Origin: Staphylothermus hellenicus DSM 12710
Lineage (GTDB): Archaea; Thermoproteota; Thermoprotei_A; Sulfolobales; Desulfurococcaceae
DNA: 32,000 bases
Assembly (NCBI RefSeq): GCF_000092465.1
Contig: NC_014205.1
Span: 1,110,001 to 1,142,000 of the forward strand
Direction of reading: 5' to 3'
The position numbers and the translations under genes are program-made. Of this stretch, positions 26,913 to 32,000 are shown piece after piece; position 1 is the first letter of the stretch; every line of letters starts with the position of its first letter. The notes below the pieces were generated by a model, which was not told the origin of the DNA, did not search any database, and saw nothing but the letters and a program-made list of their open reading frames with translations.

Positions 26913-27605
26913 TTAGCTCTCTAAAACAACTACTGGTAATGCCTGATTCTGTTCAGGTATTTTCTCATTGGATGTACTCTCTGTAGTACCTATATCTACG
27001 GGCCGGTTTTCTAAAGACTCTATTTTCTCGAGATGCCTCTTAACGTTCTCCTTTTCAAGCTGTGCGTGTTCTAGATGCTTTCTTAACTGATCAGCTGCTG
27101 CCTTATATGCTTTATCTGGGACTTCCCCCGCTATATAGCTTATTTTTAGACTTGTTAATGCTTTTTCAAGCTCTACAATTATGTCCTCAAGCTCGTATTG
27201 TCTCTTCTTTAATAAGTCTTTAACCTTCTTAGACTCCTCCTTAGCTTCCATTAATGCTTCTTCAAGTTTCTTCTTAAACGCCTCATATGCATGGCGAGGA
27301 ACTTCTTTCTTAGCATATAGATCTTCTAGTGCAGCTGATCTCTTCTTTAATCTCTCAAGTCTGTTCTCAACCTTCCTAGCTTCATATTCCCATTCAGGTA
27401 CTAGAACTATTTCTCCATTCTCAAAACTAAACCTATCAATACCTTTCTCTATAAACTCGAAGTCCCCATAACTTATCTCTAGAGCCGTTACATTTCCATC
27501 TGGATCGCTATAGAAGCTTACCACATGGCCTATCCTACGACCATATGGGTCATTTACGGGTTTACCCAAGTATTTCTCGATCTCCTCAACTTTAAGGCTT
27601 GACAA
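26913..27605 (-). CDS. cdvA: Cell division protein CdvA (PRC-barrel plus coiled coil)
   Basis: PRC-barrel-like N-terminus (LGKPVNDPYGRRIGHVVSFYSDPDGNVTALEISYGDFEF), a long coiled coil, and a short hydrophobic C-terminal peptide (ALPVVVLES). TTG start preceded by GGAGGGGGG. Synteny with cdvB/cdvC. Confidence 0.88.
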   Translation of the reverse strand: MSSLKVEEIEKYLGKPVNDPYGRRIGHVVSFYSDPDGNVTALEISYGDFEFIEKGIDRFSFENGEIVLVPEWEYEARKVENRLERLKKRSAALEDLYAKKEVPRHAYEAFKKKLEEALMEAKEESKKVKDLLKKRQYELEDIIVELEKALTSLKISYIAGEVPDKAYKAAADQLRKHLEHAQLEKENVKRHLEKIESLENRPVDIGTTESTSNEKIPEQNQALPVVVLES

Positions 27606-27626
27606 TCAAACCCCCCTCCGAGACAT

Positions 27627-27645
27627 AGACTATTTTTCATAGTCT
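27627..27645. promoter_or_regulatory. Inverted repeat in the cdvA 5' region (AGACTAT-ttttc-ATAGTCT)
   Basis: 7-bp arms with a 5-nt spacer, 22-40 nt upstream of the cdvA start codon and just upstream of the SD-like GGAGGGGGG. Confidence 0.4.
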
Positions 27646-27854
27646 TTATTGTCTAGGATTTAGTTAAAAAGAAAAAGACTATTTGTTATTTTTAAGCATT
27701 CATACCGATTTCATCATAGAAGCATAGGATTGTATTTGGTTAGAAAAGAGTCTTGATTCTCCCCGTGATACATGAACAGGAATAAGAAACCAGCTGAGAA
27801 GGTGAAGCTTGTGTAAAGCAATACATGGATAATCAAGCTTTGAAAGAATAAGAA

Positions 27855-27940
27855 TAGATCAGCAGCCTGGCATATGGCATCCCTCCACGGCTTAATTAAG
27901 CCGTGGAGGCTAACCACGCTTTTAACCCTCATCATTAACT
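27855..27940 (-). ncRNA. C/D-box-like sRNA candidate with a 12-bp central hairpin
   Basis: Minus strand: AAUGAUGA (C box 27935-27929) ... CCUCCACGGCUUAAUUAAGCCGUGGAGG ... CUGA (D box 27862-27859). TTGATAAAA element (27972-27964) is centred about 33 nt upstream of the C box. Internal D'/C' boxes are not canonical. Confidence 0.35.
27882..27909. repeat. Perfect 28-nt palindrome CCTCCACGGCTTAATTAAGCCGTGGAGG
   Basis: Read directly: the two 14-nt halves are exact reverse complements. GC-rich arms flank an AT centre. Confidence 0.95.
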
Positions 27941-28008
27941 ATAAACTAGTAATGAGTCTTTGGTTTTATCAACTTATCTTATTAGAGATTATATGATGGG
28001 TGAAAACG

Positions 28009-28254
28009 ATGGGGCTCGATGCATTATTGCAGGCAGGTAATGCAATAACGAGTTTCTTCGCCGGGCTTAACGGTGTTGGCGCAACATTGGTAGTTATCGG
28101 GTTAGGAATGCTGTTAGCTATAGGTGCAGGAATAGGATTATATATGTTAGTACAGCTAGTAAAGCAAATACCTAGAATGACTCCATGGGAGTTCCTAAAA
28201 TTCGTAGTGATCAGTGCAGTAATACTGATAGTAATAGGTGTTATATTACCTTAA
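28009..28254 (+). CDS. Small hydrophobic membrane protein (about 2-3 TM), unknown function
   Basis: Gly/Ala/Ile-rich TM segments. ATG 28009 is preferred over the track GTG 28000. AT-rich promoter-like sequence lies upstream. Confidence 0.5.
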   Translation: MGLDALLQAGNAITSFFAGLNGVGATLVVIGLGMLLAIGAGIGLYMLVQLVKQIPRMTPWEFLKFVVISAVILIVIGVILP

Positions 28255-28289
28255 CTCTGGAATTATGAGGTTAAAAATATTTTTAATAA

Positions 28290-29609
28290 CTATGGTTTAC
28301 GGGGGAATAATTTAAATCCTAAATACATAGGCTTTTCAAGCTCTTCCTCTATTTCAAGCAGCCTATTATATTTAGCTGTTCTCTCCCCTCTAGCAGGCGC
28401 ACCCGTCTTTATTAATCCAGCATTAAATCCTACTGCTAGATCAGCTATTGTAGTATCTTCTGTTTCTCCGCTACGATGACTTATGATTGTCCTATAATTA
28501 TGAATATGTGCTAATCTAACAACTTCCATTGTTTCAGTAAGTGTTCCTATCTGGTTAACCTTTACAAGTATAGCGTTTCCAGCCCCCACTTCTATTCCTT
28601 TGCTAAGCCTCTTAGGATTAGTTGTAAATAGATCATCTCCTACAATTAATACCTTGTCACCCAATCTCCTCGTTATCTCGGCGAAGCCCTCGTAGTCTTC
28701 TTCATATAATGGATCCTCTATACTCACTATTGGATAATCTCCAACTAGTTCCTCATATAACTCAATCATTTGATCCCTTGTCAACTCATTGCCTTCAACA
28801 ACATATACTTTCTTTTCTTTATTGTAGAACTGCGAACTAGCAGCATCCAATGCTAGAGCGATTTCTTCTCCGGGAGAATAACCAGCAGCTTTTATCGCCT
28901 CAACTAATAAGTCTAGCGCATCACGAATCTTCTCTAGAGGAGGAGCGTATCCTCCTTCATCACCCACATTAATGGCGGAGGGACCATATTTTTCTTTAAG
29001 TATTCTTTTGAGCTCATGATATGTTTCAACTGCAGCTCTTAATGCTTCGTGGAAACTATTAAATCCCGCTGGTACAATCATGAATTCCTGGAAATCTAGT
29101 TTGTTGCCAGCATGAACTCCTCCATTAATTATGTTTAGCATTGGAACAGGCAGTATGTTTGCTTGTTTTCCGCCAATGTAGTAGTATAGTGGTATCTTCA
29201 TTGTTGAAGCAGCAGCTTTTGCAACTGCTAGGCTGGTTGCTATAATCGCGTTTCCTCCTAGCCTGCTCTTATTCTCTGTTCCATCTATCTCGATCATTTT
29301 ATAATCTATTTCTACCTGATGCCTTGAATCCATACCAGTAATAGCTGGTGCGATAATCGTGTTTACATTTTCAACTGCTTTTCTAACACCTTTTCCATGA
29401 TATTCCTTCCCCCCATCTCTAACCTCAACTGCTTCGTGAATACCTGTAGATGCACCACTAGGTGCTGCAGCTACTCCTACACCAAGTCCTTCAGTAACTA
29501 TTTTTACTTGAACCGTTGGATTTCCTCGGGAATCTAATATGTATCTGCCGCGAACAGTTTTTATCTTATATATATCATCTAATACAGTCGTATATGTAGT
29601 ATATATCAT
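28290..29609 (-). CDS. eno: Enolase (phosphopyruvate hydratase)
   Basis: ILDSRGNPTV, SHRSGETEDTTIADLAV and the overall 439-aa enolase layout. Confidence 0.93.
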   Translation of the reverse strand: MIYTTYTTVLDDIYKIKTVRGRYILDSRGNPTVQVKIVTEGLGVGVAAAPSGASTGIHEAVEVRDGGKEYHGKGVRKAVENVNTIIAPAITGMDSRHQVEIDYKMIEIDGTENKSRLGGNAIIATSLAVAKAAASTMKIPLYYYIGGKQANILPVPMLNIINGGVHAGNKLDFQEFMIVPAGFNSFHEALRAAVETYHELKRILKEKYGPSAINVGDEGGYAPPLEKIRDALDLLVEAIKAAGYSPGEEIALALDAASSQFYNKEKKVYVVEGNELTRDQMIELYEELVGDYPIVSIEDPLYEEDYEGFAEITRRLGDKVLIVGDDLFTTNPKRLSKGIEVGAGNAILVKVNQIGTLTETMEVVRLAHIHNYRTIISHRSGETEDTTIADLAVGFNAGLIKTGAPARGERTAKYNRLLEIEEELEKPMYLGFKLFPRKP

Positions 29610-29611
29610 GG

Positions 29612-29640
29612 CTTATACACCTATTATACGGTGTATATAA
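29612..29640. promoter_or_regulatory. Compact bidirectional promoter: two TATA boxes arranged as an 8-bp inverted repeat
   Basis: TATACACC (29614-29621) / GGTGTATA (29630-29637). TTATACA is centred about 26 nt from ATG 29642 (plus strand), and TTATATA about 28 nt from the eno ATG 29609 (minus strand). The whole intergenic gap is 32 bp, so both transcripts would be leaderless. Confidence 0.55.
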
Positions 29641-29641
29641 T

Positions 29642-29980
29642 ATGTTCAAAATATACCTTGGCCCAGTGCAAACCGCATTGTTTATATCAATAATTGTGTG
29701 GAGTTTAACAATTTTGTTTATACATAAAAATATAAAAAAGAAATGGTTATTCCTATTATTTCCATTAACATTATTGAGCCTACCCATATACTATATTTCA
29801 CTATGTGTCCTTGATGAATCAATTATTATTCTAAATACCATTATTATCGCTTATTACACTTGGAAAACGTGGAGAAATAAGGTTAATATAATGGATATAG
29901 AAATAATACCTGTTATCCAAATGATTGAGTTATTGTATTTAACAAACATGGATAGGGGGACATGTATAGTTGCCGCGTAA
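29642..29980 (+). CDS. Hypothetical membrane protein
   Basis: 112-aa ORF with 3 hydrophobic segments and correct promoter geometry, but no family recognised. Confidence 0.4.
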   Translation: MFKIYLGPVQTALFISIIVWSLTILFIHKNIKKKWLFLLFPLTLLSLPIYYISLCVLDESIIILNTIIIAYYTWKTWRNKVNIMDIEIIPVIQMIELLYLTNMDRGTCIVAA

Positions 29981-30290
29981 GTCTTCGAAACAAAATAAAC
30001 TTGTATGTCCGAGATGCGGTTCAGAAGATATAGAAATCGTTAAGCAATGGCAGCTCGTATCGCCGTTACCAGACAAATACGGAAGAATAACAATAACAAT
30101 AATGGGTGTAATGCAGTGTAGGCGATGCGGATACAGGTGGAGAGGCGTGATTAGCAAGATTAAAGTTGGCGGGTCCGGAGTAGAAATTGAGGGGAAAAAA
30201 GGAAAGAAGATTGTTGGAGAAAAAGAAAAACCGAGAAGAGTTAAGGAAATAGTATTGGACCTAGAGGATCTAGATCTTGAAGAGGAGTGA
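29970..30290 (+). CDS. Zinc-ribbon protein with a K/E-rich tail
   Basis: CPRCGS...CRRCG (C4 ribbon). TTG start. Overlaps both neighbours (11 and 14 nt), suggesting translational coupling. Confidence 0.55.
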   Translation: MPRKSSKQNKLVCPRCGSEDIEIVKQWQLVSPLPDKYGRITITIMGVMQCRRCGYRWRGVISKIKVGGSGVEIEGKKGKKIVGEKEKPRRVKEIVLDLEDLDLEEE

Positions 30291-30768
30291 AGAAAAAAGC
30301 AATAAACATTTTTCAATAAAGAATAAGAAGGTAGAGATCATCAAGTATGTTTTATTGATTCTAGTTATTATTCTAGCATTAAATACTAAAACAATACTTT
30401 ACAGCGTAACCGGTTCAACCACGCCTATTGCTGTTGTTAAAGGATATAGCATGTTTCCTATACTTAGAGAAGGGGACATAGTATTTGCATATAGGCCTAG
30501 CCCAAACGAGATCCGTGTAGGAGACATCATTATCTATAAGGGTTTAAATGGAGAATTAATAATACACAGAGTCATCAAAGTAATCATTAACGGGAACAAA
30601 TACTACTATGTTACTAAAGGAGATAATAATCCATTTCCCGATTACCCGGAATTCCGAGGCCCCGGTATCCCTTATGAACGAGTTGAAGGTGTTGTTTTAG
30701 AAATTAACGGCTCCATATTTAAAATACAATATCTAGGATACTTGTCGATATGGTTTCATGGTGGATGA
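30277..30768 (+). CDS. Signal peptidase I, archaeal/eukaryal Sec11 type (S26B)
   Basis: N-terminal TM, GYSMFPILREGDIV (catalytic Ser), IIHRV (His), and a GDNN box. Confidence 0.8.
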   Translation: MKRSEEKSNKHFSIKNKKVEIIKYVLLILVIILALNTKTILYSVTGSTTPIAVVKGYSMFPILREGDIVFAYRPSPNEIRVGDIIIYKGLNGELIIHRVIKVIINGNKYYYVTKGDNNPFPDYPEFRGPGIPYERVEGVVLEINGSIFKIQYLGYLSIWFHGG

Positions 30769-30775
30769 TCCATAA

Positions 30776-32000
30776 TTATTTGCTGTGTGAATATTTTATT
30801 TTCTCAAAGTTTTGAATAACCTCAACTATCCATTTCCCCGTCGACTTTAGTTTCTTAATACTTGATAAGTATTTATCCCAATCAACACCTTCTCTTCTTT
30901 TCCATTCCTCATAGGTTTTAACTATAGTATTTAATGCTTGGTAATGATATTTGCAAAGATTATTCTTATATGCTTCACGATTACACAGCATACATTTATT
31001 TGTAGGTGTTAAATAGCCGAGCCGGTAAGATAATGTTTTTCCGATCTGATACTTTTTCTTATCAAAAGACACAATTAATTTTATCAATGTATTCTTTGCA
31101 TCTCTTACTACCTCATCTCTCCTCCTAATACCTAATCTAATCTTTTCCATTTCACCCTCGAAATACCGTGTTAAGCTAACGCTTGTGATTTCGGGGAAAT
31201 ATTCCATTAATACCTCTATTATGCCCAGACCTAGATCGGTAGCTTCAACTCTGCCGCCAACACTTCTTAAATATTTTCTATTAAACAGTATCTCTATGAT
31301 TCTAGCCCTAGTTGCTTCTGTTCCTATGCCTACGTTCTCCATCCATCTAAGAATCTTTATCCTACTTATTTTCTCCGGGGGCTTTGTATATGTTTTTCTA
31401 ATTGATGCTTTTGTTATCTTAACTTTTTCTCCATGTTGAAACCTGGGCAGAAATCTTTCTTCAGGCATACTAAATGGATAATAACGTAGCCAACCTAGCT
31501 CGAGTATTTTTCGTCCACTCGCCATGAAAACCATGCTAGGATCTTTAGGATACTCTAAATAAACTATTCTATGAGAAATCCTTGCTCTAGAGGCAAATGC
31601 TGCTAGAAATCTTCTAACGATTAAATCATATATTTTCCACTCATCCTTACCTAGATCCTTGGGTTTTACACCTGTTGGATAAATTGCTGGATGAGCAGGG
31701 TCATCCTTGGGTCCTTGAACTGGTTTTAAAACACCTCTTGTTTCAACTAGTAGATTAGATATTAGTTCTTTGTAGTTATTTATTCTACTAAGCTTATTCA
31801 TTATTCCCTTATAGTTTAATGTTGGTGGTAGTTTCTGACTATTTGTTCGGGGATAACTAATTAATGCATCTAGATACAGTTTTTCAGCTATACTCTGTGT
31901 CTTATATGGGCTGAACCTATATATTCTAGCTGCTTCCTCTTGTAGATCGCCTAGATTGAATGCGGGAGGAGGATTTAACCAGTATTTTTTCTCCTCATAC
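30776..32000 (-). CDS. DNA topoisomerase type IA (Topo I/III-like), C-terminal part; gene continues past the right edge
   Basis: The track starts at Met 31801, but my translation of 32000-31802 stays open in the same frame (...LDALISYPRTNSQKLPPTLNYKGIMNKL...). ISYPRTNS is the type IA active-site tyrosine motif. C-terminal Cys cluster CMLCNREAYKNNLCKYH. Confidence 0.8.
   Translation of the reverse strand, partial: YEEKKYWLNPPPAFNLGDLQEEAARIYRFSPYKTQSIAEKLYLDALISYPRTNSQKLPPTLNYKGIMNKLSRINNYKELISNLLVETRGVLKPVQGPKDDPAHPAIYPTGVKPKDLGKDEWKIYDLIVRRFLAAFASRARISHRIVYLEYPKDPSMVFMASGRKILELGWLRYYPFSMPEERFLPRFQHGEKVKITKASIRKTYTKPPEKISRIKILRWMENVGIGTEATRARIIEILFNRKYLRSVGGRVEATDLGLGIIEVLMEYFPEITSVSLTRYFEGEMEKIRLGIRRRDEVVRDAKNTLIKLIVSFDKKKYQIGKTLSYRLGYLTPTNKCMLCNREAYKNNLCKYHYQALNTIVKTYEEWKRREGVDWDKYLSSIKKLKSTGKWIVEVIQNFEKIKYSHSK

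Noticed and set aside
27714-27935. 73-aa minus-strand ORF (MMRVKSVVSLHGLIKPWRD...) upstream of cdvA.
   Set aside because: It begins with the AUGAUGA box and reads through the 28-nt palindrome. It has a Phe/Leu-rich composition typical of AT-rich noise, and no SD. It is kept only as an alternative in a finding.
1-32000. I looked for CRISPR repeats, IS/transposase or integrase genes, long terminal inverted repeats, rRNA and tRNA genes.
   Set aside because: No regularly spaced direct repeats, no transposase- or integrase-like ORFs and no tRNA cloverleaf signatures were found by eye. A tRNAscan/Infernal run would be needed to exclude intron-containing tRNAs completely.

Overview
AT-rich archaeal chromosomal segment (about one third GC by eye) with small GC-rich non-coding islands, the usual pattern in a hyperthermophile. 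Gene content points to a crenarchaeon (TACK; Desulfurococcales/Sulfolobales-like). The clearest marker is a complete cdvA-cdvB-cdvC (CdvA / ESCRT-III / Vps4) cell-division locus on the minus strand (24822-27605). The remaining genes are densely packed housekeeping genes: NucS/EndoMS, an Sm-like protein, CBS proteins, an SFM1-like SPOUT methyltransferase, an NFACT/Rqc2 homolog, archaeal SAM synthetase, a DUF460 RNase-H-fold protein, Rio2 kinase, an ArsR regulator next to an Nramp-like membrane protein, MfnA decarboxylase, TIP49/RuvB-like ATPase, a Trm112-like protein, phosphohexosamine mutase, RNase HII, a DRG-type GTPase, Hsp20, a PAC2-family protein, enolase, a Sec11-type signal peptidase and a partial type IA topoisomerase. 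I recognised no rRNA, tRNA, CRISPR array, IS element or obvious defence island. The most interesting unexplained signal is non-coding: two GC-rich (about 56-58% by hand count) structured islands that I could not assign to RNase P, SRP or any other known RNA (3036-3172 and 17014-17300); four C/D-box-like sRNA candidates, three of which have a TATA-like element about 33-34 nt upstream of the C box; and a perfect 28-nt palindrome upstream of cdvA. Several ORF-track starts (GTG/TTG extensions) were moved to internal ATGs that are preceded by SD-like or TATA signals.
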